The translations under genes were made by a program, and so were the position numbers. The notes beneath the pieces are model-generated. The model worked only from the letters and a program-made list of their open reading frames with translations, had not been told where the DNA came from and ran no database searches. Source: Bispira polyomma (lineage: Eukaryota). From it: 64,000 nt of DNA. The stretch's first letter is position 1. Each line of letters starts with the position of its first letter. The stretch spans positions 4,154,001-4,218,000 of the forward strand of contig OZ287753.1 in assembly GCA_965649765.1 (NCBI GenBank). The letters run 5' to 3'. Below, one piece after another: positions 13,301 through 26,879 of the stretch.

Positions 13301-14508
13301 TAAAGTACGCCTCCCAGATTTTTGCTACAACACAATAAAGGTAGAGCTATATGTGTGTGTATCAAAGCATTGACAAGCAGGAATTGAAGATCTTGATTAC
13401 CAATAACTTCTTCAAACTTCCATTTGGTGAACCAGTATCATATAGTCCTTTGCACAATTCTTCTGAAACAAAATTTCTTACACTTTAAAATGGTGTCTTA
13501 CCTACTTGACTTTTAAGTTTAAAGTGACCCAAGAACATATTTCGCAGAAAGCCTGGGGCTAATTGGGTTAATTGGCACCAATGATGAGAGAGGTCAGATT
13601 CAAACAAGAATAGATGTAAAAAGACACTTTTTAGCACTGACTTATCATGGATTTATTTCTCTAGAACTATAAATTATGGTTATATATAATATAGTCATTG
13701 TTATACTTCTGCCGTTCCAACGAACTATTTGTGTGTGGTGACTTAAAAAAGTGACAGGGAAGGTCACCTTAACCATCAATTTAAGGTTAACTAAAACTGG
13801 TGTGTAAATATATGTAGAGTGCAGTTTTGTAAATAAATGTATAAATATATATATATATTTCTACATTACCTGTGTGTCACTTATATCTCCTGTGGTATTC
13901 ACATCTACTGGTCTCGAGCTGGACTGTGCTAGTGTGCAAACATAATCTGTTTACTTATATTGTGTGCTTTATGAGATTCAAATTGCTCATTAATCTTGTG
14001 TTAAGTGTATGTGAGAGGCATTTTGTGTCTGTATATGTTAAATGTATCAGAACTGTTTTAACAGTTGCATGATTTAAAAAAAAAGTGACTGATTTGTTTT
14101 TCCTTTTTAAAACTAAACTATGGGTGATAATTGCTGAAACAAAGTTCAAACTTGATGGAGGTGGATCCAATTCTGGCTCATTTGGTCCTTGTTAGTTCCC
14201 ACATGACCTCAAACAGTAGTTGTCTTCATTACTCCTTTTATTACGTCATACTACAGAACGGAGACATAGGTCAACAAATGTTGCTCTTAAATGGCAAATT
14301 GTTTAGCCTATGTTTTCTCATTAGCTCTTTTTTAGTAACATATTTTTTTCCATATTTTTTGTGGAATGCCAATAATTTTTGTAGTGATGTAACAGAATAA
14401 CAGAGTCAAATATCATTCCATTTTTTGGTGTAGAAAGTTTATATTCGATCCCCTTTATTTGTACTTACTTTGATTAAAAATCTGACAGACACTATAGAGA
14501 AATATGCA

Positions 14509-14769
14509 GGCCGCGGTGGCCTAGTGGTTAGCAAGCATTGCGCTTCACAATCACTGGTCTCCCACCTTCGGGATCCACTGGCGTGGGTTCGACTCCCGTC
14601 GATGCCTATGTAGGAAAGTTGGTAATTCCTTACTGTAGGCCGCTGGTTTCAGTGCAGAACCTTCATCAACTGTATACAGTGTTTCCTCCAGCGTTTCCAA
14701 CTACCCATCCCAATATAACCTAAACAGGTACTAGAGTGGGTAGTGAATATCCAAATTCAAATTCAATTC
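14509..14769 (+). mobile_element. tRNA-derived SINE, family A, full length
   Basis: A box TGGCCTAGTGG, B box GGTTCGACTCC, anticodon-like CTTCACAA, (AAATTC)n tail, flanking AGAAATATG duplication; four more copies in the window. Confidence 0.9.
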
Positions 14770-15559
14770 CACAGAAATATGGACTTTGCTGGTATATAAC
14801 ACACTTTTATGGAAGTTTTAAAAAGTTACAAATGGAGTGTTATAAAAGAGCAAAACTACAAAATTGGCGTCTATTGTATTTTGCATTTTAAATGCACCTT
14901 ATTGATGCCAGACATTTTCTTAATCGCAACAAATGAATAAATGAATCAATAGAATAGTCAAAAAAGCATAACCAAGCTCTAATAAAGGATATGGGAGCTG
15001 TACAGGGAGGCAATTAAATAGGGTAAATGAGTTTGAAGAAAACAGTTATTTACGTTGAGAAACTACAACTCATAACTTTAACGCTTCCTTTGCAGTGTGA
15101 TATCAAACAGACGGTTTTCAAACATAAACAAACTTTCTGTTATTATTCATAGCAATAAGCAATAAGTTTTAATACTAAAATGTTAAAGATTTTGCAACAT
15201 TAAATCTTGAAAAATGCTTGCACATCAATCCCAATTTTGAGGATGTCCTGGGGTTGCTACTGTAGTTAATTCCCTGAAGTCAAAACACATTTTATATCCA
15301 TTGTCATGGGCCCTTTTAAAAGTGTGTAATAACATACAGGAGTGGTATTCACAAATGGGCTAATCATTCTAGCACAAAAGTATACTAGATTCTTTTGGTA
15401 AATTACTAAAAGCATAGCTAAACTATGATGGAAACGTATATGATTAACCAAGTATTTTCAGAGTTATGTTCTATAAAATGTACCAATCTAAGTGATTCAA
15501 TAAATATGGTCCTTTTTCTCTTGATAATAAGTGAATTGCTATTATTCTCAAGAATTTAT

Positions 15560-18400
15560 TCAAATTTATTACAAAACATAGGCTTTTATGAAGGGGGTCC
15601 ACTCCCAGAATATATGTTGAACATAAATGTTGATATTAGGTTATCAGACTAATACTTTGTTGTTATAAATCCAAGAAACAACACAATTTGCTGGTAGGTA
15701 ACAAATATTTAAACAGAGAGGCTTTCTGACTCCCCTGAATGGCTGTTTTATTTAAAGCAAGTCTGGAACAACATCTAATCTGCACTTTACAGTTTTCACC
15801 TTTCAGTGAGTGAGATATCACCACAGTAACAGAAGACAATTGGTGATGCTTTAAAAAAACACCCGTCTCAGTAGGGCCCTCAAGGCTTCACATATCATAT
15901 GTTGGTGTAACAATGGACATCAAGGCATGGTGCTTATAATTTGGCTTATTTGGGATTTCCTTTCATGTCTGGGGAACTTGTTTTACACTTATTTGTCCCC
16001 GATTACAACCTTAAAAGATTCACTTTATCCAATCAACTATGGCTATGGTTTTTTAAAACCCAAGACCACTAAATTAAGTGGCAAACTAATCGAAGTATCA
16101 AGGAAATCCCTTGATTTTGTTACTTTATTTTAAATTTGATATATTTTTGTATTATAAACTTGGGAACTTTTTTCTTTCCGGATAAATTTATTGCAGCATC
16201 CACTAGGACAGTTTCTTAGTTACGATAACCCTTTAATAGAATCAGTAGTTTCTGGAGTCCAAGTTTCCAGCAAAATACCCGCACCGAACGGGTGGTGTTA
16301 TTTGATTATTTATTTTATATAAAGTATATTGTTTTCAGCAGGCTAACATATTTGTCTTATTTTCTTGTGTTAACAGACATGAAAAGTCCATATTAAAACT
16401 ACACTGATTATTCCTAGAATTCTAAAGTGGTTGGTGCGAGTGATTCTAATTCCTAGCAAAACGATCAGTCTTAAGGCAAGGTTGTTGAAAAGTGGCTAAG
16501 GCATCTCGAGGACTACTACCCAATTTTATTATTATCAGTGTTAGCAGAGAAAATTTTACAATCGCTGGAAACACAAACAACACTTTCTGGGTTTACCAAA
16601 TAACTTCAAAACTATCTCTTCAAACTTGCTTACCCCCAATACATTCTCTGCGTGTACACACCATACATCATTTCGTAGCTATGTTTTTGAGACTTTTCAA
16701 CAGTTGATTGATTTTGTTGATGTGCTTTAGAAGATACCTCACATCAATAAGGCATTGAAAATGCAAAATACAATACATTTGCTGCTAGATTGTCTGGCTC
16801 CATAACTTTGCATATTGATATTCATGGCTAATTTCCTTAGCGGCCAATCAGCCTTACAATCTTAGTTTGTTGTTTCTCAAAACCTGTTGTTTATCTCATG
16901 ACAAATGAGCTTCGTGTTTATGTAATTTAGGGAAATTTGGTTTCCAATTCGTCATTCTTTTTGGCATTGAAGGGAGATTTAAAATATCCACAAAAGATAA
17001 GGTTTTTAAATCCCAAAATGTTGAATTTTACTGTATTATACCATAACTGTCAGTATTTTTCTAGTTTTGTCAAAAGATAAGTTTTAACAAAGTTGCCAAA
17101 CTCAAAAAAATAACTAACAATAATAACATGATTTTGTGAGCCCTGATAGGTTTTAGCATCCTTCCATGAATCAGTATCAGCCCAACAAATGTCAGACACA
17201 AACTCTGATACTGATTCCTATTGAACTCTTGAAAACCTATTGTCCTTGTATTGTTCTTCCTGTTAAAGTTTTTGCTGATGCTAGTTTGCTGAATGAAAAA
17301 TACATTATATTTCCATTTTTATGGGCGCCTTGAGGTATTATTTAGGATAATGTCTAGACTAAGCCCTTTTGTGAATACTGACCCGAGACCTAATATTTGG
17401 TTTGATAGCACGTGTAGTAATCAACTGCACTTTAGTGTTCTAAAAGTTCACTGTGTTAAGTATGAGATGGCTTGAGGTATTGATTTTTCTCATTTGTCCT
17501 ATCAAGCACATTTGTCTTATCAAACACATTAAGTATGCTATTCACATACAATGTACACATATTTCCTTACACTACACCACACATGAAGCATTGTATTAAG
17601 AAATAAACACTAAAACGACATAGTTAAACTTTGATGAAAAAAAATGATTTCCCAAATGCCCAGTATTAGGTAATTTTTTGGCTTGGTAATACTAAATTGT
17701 GGCATGTTTTTACAAACTCATTACATATTATTATTTACTCCAATTAAACAACAAACATAGGCTTTTGAATAAGTAAGAGGGGGAGGGATGTCCATTCCCA
17801 GAATATATTGTGAACATCAATGTTAAACTTTGTTTGTCATACTAATATTTGCTGAGGCTAAAAATGATTTTAAAAAGCCGTTGTTTCATACAAAACATGA
17901 ACAACATCTAGTCTGCATTTTAGTTTTTACCTTTGAGTGAGCCAGATATCACTATGGTAACGGCAGACAATTTTTGATGTGTTAAAAACACTGTTTTGTG
18001 AAAGGTTCAAACAATGTAGTCTAAATACAATTAGGACAAAATAAAATGCCACTATTTAGAGTAATACAGAAGAGGCTTCTATACAAAGTAAGAACGAATT
18101 ATATCTGGGAAGAAAAATAGCTTTGAACACATTTGAGCTTAGATCACTAGAAACACTTTCTGGTTTTAATTCCGTCCCTGTTATGATCTTGGCTGATGAT
18201 CTTTTTGGGACCTGTTGATTGGTTAATTGATTTTGTTGATGTGTTTTAGAAGATGCATGCGTTAATAAGGCATCCATAGATTTGCCCATTGCTAATTTCC
18301 TTAGCGGCTCTCAGCCTTGCAATCTTAGTGTTCTTGTCATAAAACCTGATGTGTGTTGCATGGCAAATGTGCTTAATTTTTTAAATTAGGGCAAATTTTG
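15560..18400 (+). repeat. Old local duplication containing CR1/L2-like LINE 3' ends
   Basis: ~15570-15860 resembles ~17750-17990; ~16570-16930 resembles ~18140-18400; the TTGATTTTGTTGATGTG..AGAAGAT..AATAAGGC tract recurs at ~60565-60620. Confidence 0.55.
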
Positions 18401-19447
18401 GTTTCAAAAGTTTTCTCATTAAACTATAATTATGAATTCATGTTATCCATAACATGACACACAAAATATAATTTTGTACTGATTGATGAGATTTGTGGTA
18501 ATGTTTCCTAATATCTATTCTGTACATTACATCCTTGTTGTCTAAGAATTTCAATTTATTTGGGTTTTCATTGATTTTAATGGCTTAGATCATATCACGA
18601 CGGCCACATTCAACAGTGAAAGAAACTAGTGCTGAATCATCCGACCTACTGCTAATACCTGACCAAGATTCATGGGATTAAAGTTTCCAGTTGGGTCTTT
18701 GAATGTGCACACCTCAGAAAGTGGGGCTTTTTACATTTAAACTTATATACTTCTTAGTTGTATTTTGCATGGAATATCAACCAATGAATACAAAAATCAA
18801 GTGTAAAATGTCTTCTCCAACCAAATCTATTTACAAATAGCAAACACATTAATCCAATTTAAGAGAGGTAGATTTTTATTTAGCAAATTGTAGTTTGCAA
18901 ATTTAAAACTTTTCTTTCTGGTTTTGAACCAATGTTCTACATAATATTGATGTAATGTTTATTACCAGAGCAATTAGCATTCTTCTAAATATTTAGCAAT
19001 ATATGGTTGTAGCACTACCGTACCTACCTTCCCTTTTTCATACTTTTTGATTCCAAGTGAAGATCCTTAGTAGGAGCTTTGTGCAACATGTGTCGTAGTT
19101 TTCCACTTTACAATCAACCAGCTAATTCATGGGATTTGAATACTGTAGTGTGCATTTAATGTGAGTTTAGTTTGAATTTAATTCCGTTTTACATCGCTTT
19201 CAACTGCTTGGCCATAATTGCGACAGAACAGATTTAAGAGTGCAAGAGACCAGTGCTAAAGCCACTGTAAACAACTGGCCTTGATTCAAATCCATATTTA
19301 TGAGAGGCCAGTGATTGTGAAGCGAAATCTTCTAACCGCTAGACCATTGTTGCCTGACAAGGAGTTTCAATCAAATTGCTTGCTGTACTATATATTATAC
19401 ACCCAAATACACCATGTTTTTTACACACTGTTTTAACAGCATTAATC

Positions 19448-19640
19448 GGGGACATTGGTGGTACAATGGTAACACATTGACCGTCCATCTCTGCTGTGAT
19501 GGTGTTCCACTTTCAGCACTCTTGTATATGTGGGAAAGTTGGCAGTAGAGTTGCTGAAGGTGGAAGGTTTGTAGAGCAGAATAAACTTGACCAACTAACA
19601 ATATGACACAAGACATTTTGAAAGCGGCATTAAAACCAAA
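19448..19640 (+). mobile_element. Degenerate tRNA-derived SINE, second family
   Basis: GGGGACATTGGTGGTACAATGGTAACAC A-box-like head; TATGTGGGAAAG core shared with family A; AAGCGGCATTAAAACCAAA tail. Reverse-oriented relics near 3270-3460, 18550-18640 and 19170-19355. Confidence 0.5.
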
Positions 19641-20523
19641 AAAAAATATTTTAATGCTATTAATTAGAATAATAGACTTTCAATTATCAATAAAGGTATA
19701 AATCTGGTGATAATGAACCAAAGATGCACATTATTTACAAAAACAAACATTTCATGGAGGGGGATTTTGATTAAGTCTGCACTTTAATATCTTTCTCACA
19801 GCTGGGTCCAGAAAATACTATTTTACTTGATGTGATTAGGAGTGACGGTTTAATCTAACATCAATACATATGAAGTTCTGGTTTGCAGACAAACTTAATT
19901 AGACTGGATAGTTTAGTCACAGAGAAGCTAAAAGAAATGGAACGTTGGCATAAGGTTTGCTGCAATAGCAGAAAATAAGTGCAAGGGACAGAAAGAACAG
20001 CATAATAGCCTTTCTTAGGCTCTGATATATGTATTTATTTAAGTATTTTATTTCTACATATAATACAAACAAACTAAATAGAAAGTAGAACAGGAAGACA
20101 TCTCTAAAGACCACATATATCTGTGTAAAGCCATTTTTCGTCCGGGCATTCGTATTGAAAAATTTCTATACCTCAAACAATAAATAGCTTCCCGTTCATC
20201 ATCAAATTTTGCTTAAAATCCATGTGACTATCGTTAACACTCTTGTCTCTCAACAGCCCTCATACCTTGTTACGTGTCTTTCGGTTACTAGCTTAACCCT
20301 AACAGAGGTAAGAGATTTTCTGCTTGTTCGGTTAAACCAACAAAGAGAGTTGGATCTAGAACTTTTTCAGTTGCTACTCCTTTGTTATAGAATAGTCTTC
20401 CAGTTGACCTTAGATAACTAAAAACACTTTCTGGGTTTAGGAGAAAATTTAAATTCTCATTTATGTGCGTTTGAATCTTTTACCCTAAAGATATAGTTGA
20501 TGAAACCCTACTCCCGATGGGGG

Positions 20524-20780
20524 TTTTGAATTTGAATTTGGATATTTAACGTCCACTCTAGTACCCGTTTAGGTTATATTTGGACTGGTAGTTTGAAACA
20601 CAAGTTTGGAGAAAACATACAGTTGATCAAGGTTCTGCACTGAAAACAGCGGCCCACAGTAAGAAACTACCACCTTTCCCACATAGGCATCGACGGGATT
20701 CAAACTGACGCCGCCCTGAGGTAAGAGACCAGTGATTGTGAAGCACAATGCTTGCCAACCCCTAGGCCACTGCGGCCCCC
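20524..20780 (-). mobile_element. tRNA-derived SINE family A inserted in the Harbinger relic
   Basis: Reverse complement of the 14509 element; perfect 14-bp TSD ACTCCCGATGGGGG at 20510-20523 and 20781-20794. Confidence 0.92.
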
Positions 20781-20794
20781 ACTCCCGATGGGGG

Positions 20795-21160
20795 ATGGAC
20801 ATGATCAAAAGGTTATACAATTACAGGATCTTCAGAGGCCGAAGGATGGTCAAAAATGCATTTGGGGTTTTAGTCTAAAGATTCCGGGTGCTTTGGTCAA
20901 CAATGCAGCAGGAACCACCAGGTAGTGGCCAGCATAGCTTTAGCATGTGTGGTCCTGCACAATGTGATCAGGACAGCAGCTATCAACATGGGTAATCCAG
21001 GTAATCCAGATGATGTCCCACCGACAGAGGTATGTGTAGGACAAAACAACCCAACCAACTGAAAATATCCCAACAGGGCAGCAAAAGAACAGAGAGAGCT
21101 ACTCCTGCAATATTTCACCAATGAGGGAGCAGTGTATTTGCAAAATGGCCGAGTTTGAGT
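20795..21160 (+). pseudogene. PIF/Harbinger transposase C-terminal fragment
   Basis: [27 protein letters not shown] and VVASIALACVVLHNVIR...AKEQRELLLQYF match the Harbinger NY-R-S-R-R-x-V-E-N-A-F-G and C-x-x-L-H-N motifs. Confidence 0.85.
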
Positions 21161-21569
21161 CCACACCTGAGTCTGAGCCTGAGCCAAGAACAAACCTAAA
21201 AGGCCCGTTTCACACTTACTGGGTTCCACATAAAGGGGCCTGACTCAATAGAATGGGAAGGGGTGTGCAATTATCACATTTCTACTTTGGGGTAGTTCCT
21301 AGTATTGCATTTGGTTTTTAAATTATTTGCTTGAGGGTGTATTTTCCTTCTGGGGTGTATGTTAAGCAAATTTTTACTTTTTGGGGAATTTTAAAGTTAA
21401 AATTGTCAAGTTAACAATTTATTTCTTATGTATGTGTGTGTGTGGGGCGGGGGGGGGGGGGGGGGGGCAAGTACTTCTAGGGGCAGTATGCTTTTTGTCA
21501 TTAGGTGTTTCCAAGGGTTTTTTCAACGACAGCTCAAACATTGGTTTTTGATGTTTTAGGTGGCCCTGT

Positions 21570-22845
21570 AAAGGGCCTTTTAGTGTCCGTACTGGGACTG
21601 ATGAAGGAGGAGGAGAGGTTAGCGTCTACACATCAGGGATTGTAGTGCTGCTGCTGCTGCTGGTACTGGCTCGTGGGTGAGTTCTTGGGACAACTGTGGT
21701 TGGAGTGTTCAGAGTGGAATCCGTTTGCTGTGCATCTAGAGTAAGAGGTAAAACTTGATCAGGAGTGTTTATGTTCTGGTAGCTGTGATTGTCACTGACT
21801 CAAAACCTCTGAGGAGAGATGAGGCTGTCGACGCAATCAGTATGTCCGATACTCACTGATATTCACTGATGCTGGGTTTGTGTATTGGTGGCTGGTGCTG
21901 GCTGCAGCACTTTCCAGATGTAAATGGTGCAGTGTGTGGCACCTGGACTGTTAACTGTGGCCTGACAGGTGAGGGCTGAATAGGTCGAGGCACTCTTAGC
22001 TGGGGTTGCTGGGCTGCAGGTACAAGTACCGTGGTTGTGGAGGTGGGTGAAGGCCTCTGGTATTGCAACTGTGGTTGTGCCTGATACAGCTAATTCTCCT
22101 AGAAACTATGGCTGTGGTGTGGTCACCCGGTCCTAGATAGTGCTCCCAAGGTCAAATGCCTTCCTTCTGAAGTGGTTGAATTGTTCATCTGGCAATTTCT
22201 TGCCCTTCAATGTGAACCAGTTCAGAAATGCGCCCCTGTGTCCCTCAACCTTGGGCTTCATGGTGTCTTTGAAGAAGCCTTAGATGGTGTTCTGCATCAT
22301 TGCCAGCATGTCCCTCATCTCAGCAGACAGTGCCGCCTCAGAGTTCGGGGTTGATCTGGCACAGCCTGAAGACTAATGCTTAGTTTGCCATAGATAATCC
22401 TCTGTGATTGAAACCACTTCTTCACTTTTTCCATGTCAAATCCCTTGCCCGAGCATAACTGCAGCCACAACATTTCTTTAGCCTGGGTGTCTTTGTATTT
22501 TTCATCTTTCTTGTTTTTAGCCATTCATGTTCACACAGAAAGGTCACCAGTGCCCCCTCCTCTGCGTCACTAAAGATGACCGTTTACATCTTCTCCTTCT
22601 GTTGTTTCCTCAATATGGAAGACACCTCTCCATCTCCAGCTGTGTCAGCCTTATCCTCCAGATAAGGGTCCTGGGTTCCCTCTTGCTCAATCACCAGGGT
22701 CTGTGAACGCTGAGAAAACTGTGTCTCAGGGATGACAAGGGGCATTCCCACATGAAATTGTTGGTTATCCTTATCCTGTGCCCCCACATGCTCCTCCATC
22801 CTACTCTTCCTTGTCTTTCTTTTTGGTTTTGGTCCCCTAATGCCT
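21570..22845 (-). pseudogene. Harbinger accessory MADF/Myb-like DNA-binding protein (disrupted)
   Basis: KNKKDEKYKDTQAKEMLWLQLCSGKGFDMEKVKKWFQSQRIIYGKL is MADF-like and is followed by a Pro/Gln-rich tail; it converges on the transposase as expected for two-ORF Harbingers. Putative right terminus ...GATTGGGGCT at ~23498. Confidence 0.75.
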
Positions 22846-23919
22846 AAAATTTTCTTAGTGTAATATTTTATTTTCCAGAAAACAACAAAATCCTATTCTC
22901 AATAATAATCTCAATAATAATATCTGTCTATTAAATTGTTGATAGTTGTAAAGTTTCCAAGATGCTGTAGCTGAATAAATGTAGATTACTCTAACGCCCC
23001 CCCCCCCTTCCTCCCCCCAATCTGCTGGCGCCAACTAATTATTGTTTGTTTGGCCAGACTTATCTATTCTATTGGGACTTTCCAGACAACTTATCCTTTG
23101 TTTCCCTGGAGTTATCTTTTTAATTGGGTGCAAAAAAAGGATCTATCTTTGACAAAAGACACGATATCTCGGGGGAAGAAGGGGGGTGAAACGATTACTC
23201 ATAATGGCCCAACCTAAATCTGATGGAAAGATCAATCAGGATGAATTTTCAAACCATTTGGGGGAAGATTGAAAAAATAGATAAAAAAGAAAAGATTTAA
23301 AAGGCAACGATAAGTCAATAGTGGGTTATTATTCACCCCGATTGACTGGCCGTGCTTCCCATATTCGCCTCTGCTTGCAGAGATTATCAAACATGTTTGA
23401 AAACCTCTGCAACCTCCCCAATTGGAAACGATAAGTTGTTGGAATGCCCAAACCACTCTGATAATTGCCCTGATCTTATAATCGTAATGATTGGGGCTAT
23501 GATTGACATAGTAGAACAGGGATACAACATGAAATCTTAAAAAGTACATGCACCATTTAGAAAACAAATTTAGTTAAACCTTTCCACCCCTGTGTTAATG
23601 GCTATGATAAATAGCATGTGTCACTCGTAGAGGTTATATAAGGAACTTTCCTTTACTTTCTCTTGCAGTTGAGGACATCTTTTACATGATTACAAGGCAA
23701 ACCAGGAGTGCAGCAGCACTTTGAACAAGCTGAAGTTTGTGAATCCCAGTTTGTGGTAGTCTAAAGTATAGTGCATTTAAAGTCTAGTTTGGATATTACA
23801 AGTGCTTGTATTAAAGTCTGTGGCCCATTCCAGCTATCTGTAACATATTAAAATGTCCTTCAGTTTACAGAGATTCCAGCTATCTGTAACATATTAAAAC
23901 GTCCTTTAGTTGACAGTCT

Positions 23920-23925
23920 TTTATT
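23920..23925 (-). terminator. Candidate polyadenylation signal (AATAAA) of the opsin
   Basis: First minus-strand AATAAA I found, ~550 nt downstream of the stop codon. Confidence 0.3.
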
Positions 23926-24478
23926 GGGCCCAAAGGTTTAAGTATTAGATAAGCACTAACTGAAATTTTATACACAGGTACACAACAACAGTATTTCCCC
24001 ATCAAACTTTGAAAGTTCACACTTTGAGATCATAAAAAAAAGAACACAAACACGTACTGACCAAACATTTGCTCCATCAATTTACAGTCTATATGGGATG
24101 TGTAGTGGTAACACAATGACCACTACAAACTAGGCTCTATGTAGAAATAAGAGTCAGCAAAATAGTATTACAGAGATAACAACTACAAAATATGCATTAG
24201 TACAACAGAAAAGGCAAGAAATAAGCAAGACTATTCAATAACTATCAGCAAATCCTTTTCAAGTTTTCAAGACTTTTTGCATGCAGAGAGACAAATTTGG
24301 TTCGTTATTAACACACAAATTATTATGTTGCTGTGACTTGCCATCATTTTTTTGGCAATATGTTTATATTTGTAAAAACGAAGGCTAAAAAATGGTTTGC
24401 ACAAAACAACTAATCGCAATTAATTTTAATGGTGTATCTACTATTTTGAGCAACCCTATATTAAGTTTAACACAGTAA

Positions 24479-25350
24479 TCAGACAATAATAATTTTTGAA
24501 GCAACATTTTTCCCTCTGGTTAGACCTGTAGTTTGACTTTTGGTTGACCTTTTGTCTGTGCCTTCCTGGCCTGTGGTCAGTGGAATTCCCTGACCGTGAT
24601 GTTGAATGTAGAGATTGTGCCTATTAGATTCTGCCCAGTATGGCAGAGATTGCCGACACTTACAGGAAGATGCACGCAGCAGCTTCCAGGCACATCTGCG
24701 GAAATGTCTACTGGTGGCACAGTACACAATGGGGTTATAGATAGCAGATGCCTTTGCAAATATACCAGGCACCAGGCTGATGTAAGGGTTGAGATATATC
24801 TGGTACTCAGTCATGCCTAGAATAGCCACGATGCTGTATGGTAACCAAGAGATCAAAAACAGCAACACAATGATAAGGCTGATCTTTGCTAGTTTAATAT
24901 CCTGTCTAACGGACAGGTTGTTGGCCTGCAAGGAGGTGACCCCCAGATGCGTTTGCTCTACTATGATGTGTCGCTCGTGTCTATGTATCACCACAAAGAT
25001 GTAGACATAGGAGAGAGTGGTGAGGCAGAAAGGCAGGCCAAATCCCCCGGAGAATAGACTTAGCACAAAGAAGGTGTTACTAGGCCCAGAAGACATGTAA
25101 TCGAAGGTACAGGAAGTGCCCAGTCCGTCCATGACGTAACGCCCCACTCCCAACACAGGCAAAAGGCACCACACGATGGAATTACACCACACAATGACTA
25201 TCATGCCGAGTGTACGGTGCTGGCGACTAGTCACATTAGGTGCGGAGAAAGGGTTAATCAAACCAATCAGACGGTCTATAGCTATAGCGCACATGGAACC
25301 AATTGATGAGAAACCAGATACCCCAGCCAGGATGCTGTACAGGTAACAGA
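24479..25350 (-). CDS. Opsin exon 3 (TM3 to C-terminus), Gq/rhabdomeric-like, probably non-canonical r-opsin
   Basis: Acceptor TTTTTCAG at 25351; (V)CYLYSILAGVSGFSSIGSMCAIAIDRL...GRYVMDGLGTSCTFDY...SWLPY...FAKASAIYNPIVY (Schiff-base Lys and NPxxY); 872 nt including stop. Confidence 0.95.
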
Positions 25351-25690
25351 CTGAAAAAGAAAAACGAGATCAAGAAAGATGTTGACACATGAATAGATAT
25401 ATATAGGGGCACAACAAAATTTACATTTACATTTGCATTTGGAGTATTTTTACTACATATCTTGAATTAAGATACAAAATGACTGAGATTAAGCAATGCA
25501 GCTCGGTGTGCCATAGTCTGTTTGGGAACATATCGATATGGTACAGTTGGCAGCACAGGGTCAGCTAAGGGTATAATGTTAACTCATGCTGTTTGGTTGT
25601 ACTTGGGCAGTTAAGAACACGTGAATTAGCACCTTGAATATCAGATAAAGTTTTTATTTGAATTACAATGCAGTTGTATATGTGACTTAC

Positions 25691-25824
25691 CAAATGTCTG
25701 GGACATATATACGTGACATAAGCTGTAGTAGGCGAGAAAGGGTAAGCTCACAGAACAGGCCAGGAGGTCAGAGAGGGCAAGGCTCACCAAAAGGTAATTA
25801 CCTTTACCCCGCCAGTGTTTGGAT
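25691..25824 (-). CDS. Opsin exon 2 (ICL1-TM2-ECL1), 134 nt
   Basis: TTTTTTAG acceptor and G|GTAAGT donor; (R)SKHWRGKGNYLLVSLALSDLLACSVSLPF; phases 2/1 join exons 1 and 3 in frame. Confidence 0.93.
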
Positions 25825-26084
25825 CTAAAAAATATCAAAACAATAAAACCTGTATCAAACCTGCCAGTCCTGCCAGGTTTATTATAACATGTGTGACTTT
25901 TTGTAGGATTCTACAGTACCCAAATTTTGCATATACTATTGCAGTTGCAAATGTTGTGATTGCAAGTCTACTTGACAATAGGGGAGTCGGTCAAAGTGTG
26001 CTGCTTTGCAAACACTGGAAAGTCAGTTTTCCTATATACACACAAAGATCCAGTTTTTAACCCACAATTGCCGGAGTGGAAGGT

Positions 26085-26255
26085 TAGTATGATACATTGA
26101 CATTATCAAATGCCCAGTCACATCAATAGGGTTAACGTGTCTGGGTGTCACCTCCTTGTGGGTCAACAACCCGTCCATGAGACAGGATATTAAATTGGCA
26201 AAGATCTGCCTCATTGTATTGCGGTTTTTTATCTCTTTGCTACCATACATCATCT
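26085..26255 (+). pseudogene. Inverted degenerate copy of part of opsin exon 3, inside opsin intron 1
   Basis: Plus-strand CTGGGTGTCACCTCCTTGTGGGTCAACAACCCGTCCATGAGACAGGATATTAAATTGGCAAAGATC...CTACCATACATCATC aligns with the reverse complement of ~24830-24995. Confidence 0.9.
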
Positions 26256-26879
26256 TTGTTTAACCTGTTTTTTCTAAAGAGGGCTGGATCTAGGAATAGT
26301 CTCCCATTTGAGCTTAGATGATTAGAAAACCTTTCTGGGTTTAGGAGAAAACTTGCATTAAACATGGAAAAAATAATAAAATTCGAATATTTGGACACTA
26401 GGAAGGGCTATATAAACTAGCAACCTTCTGAAGTAGCAGCTGCAGGTTTGTCCCTGATAAATGCCTGTCCCCAATAAATGCCTGTTATGTGTCTACAATT
26501 TTTAGTAACTTTACCAGTTTCAATGATGAAGTTTGAAGTAAAAAGTTACCATCATCACAAAGTTCCCAGGGTCTAGTGACACTTAGATAAGTGTGTTTAT
26601 TTTAATGCAGTCCCACCCATTCCCTTATGTCAAAAGTGAGATGCATCAGACTTAACTTTCTGACATTTGGTTGAGTAGATTTAATAATGCAGTCACAACC
26701 CATTCCCTTGTGGCAGAGTGTCATTTGTCAGACTAAACCTTGTTTCTGGATAAAATACTTGTGTCTGAAAAAATTCCCAGCCTTGCTTTTAATGATGTCA
26801 GTGTTCAGCAAAGACCATTGTTTGATAACAAAATTTAATTTTGCACTATCTGTACTTTAGTCCCCTGAATGTTTGCCAT

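Noticed and set aside
14509-14600. tRNA gene
   Set aside because: Head of a multi-copy SINE with an extended body and tail; no proper cloverleaf.
21447-21467. Poly-G/C runs (also ~32138 and ~46217) as G-quadruplex regulators
   Set aside because: Simple homopolymers, mostly inside repeat relics; no functional evidence.
24577-25004. Overlapping and antisense ORFs within opsin exon 3
   Set aside because: Shadow frames of a GC-richer exon.
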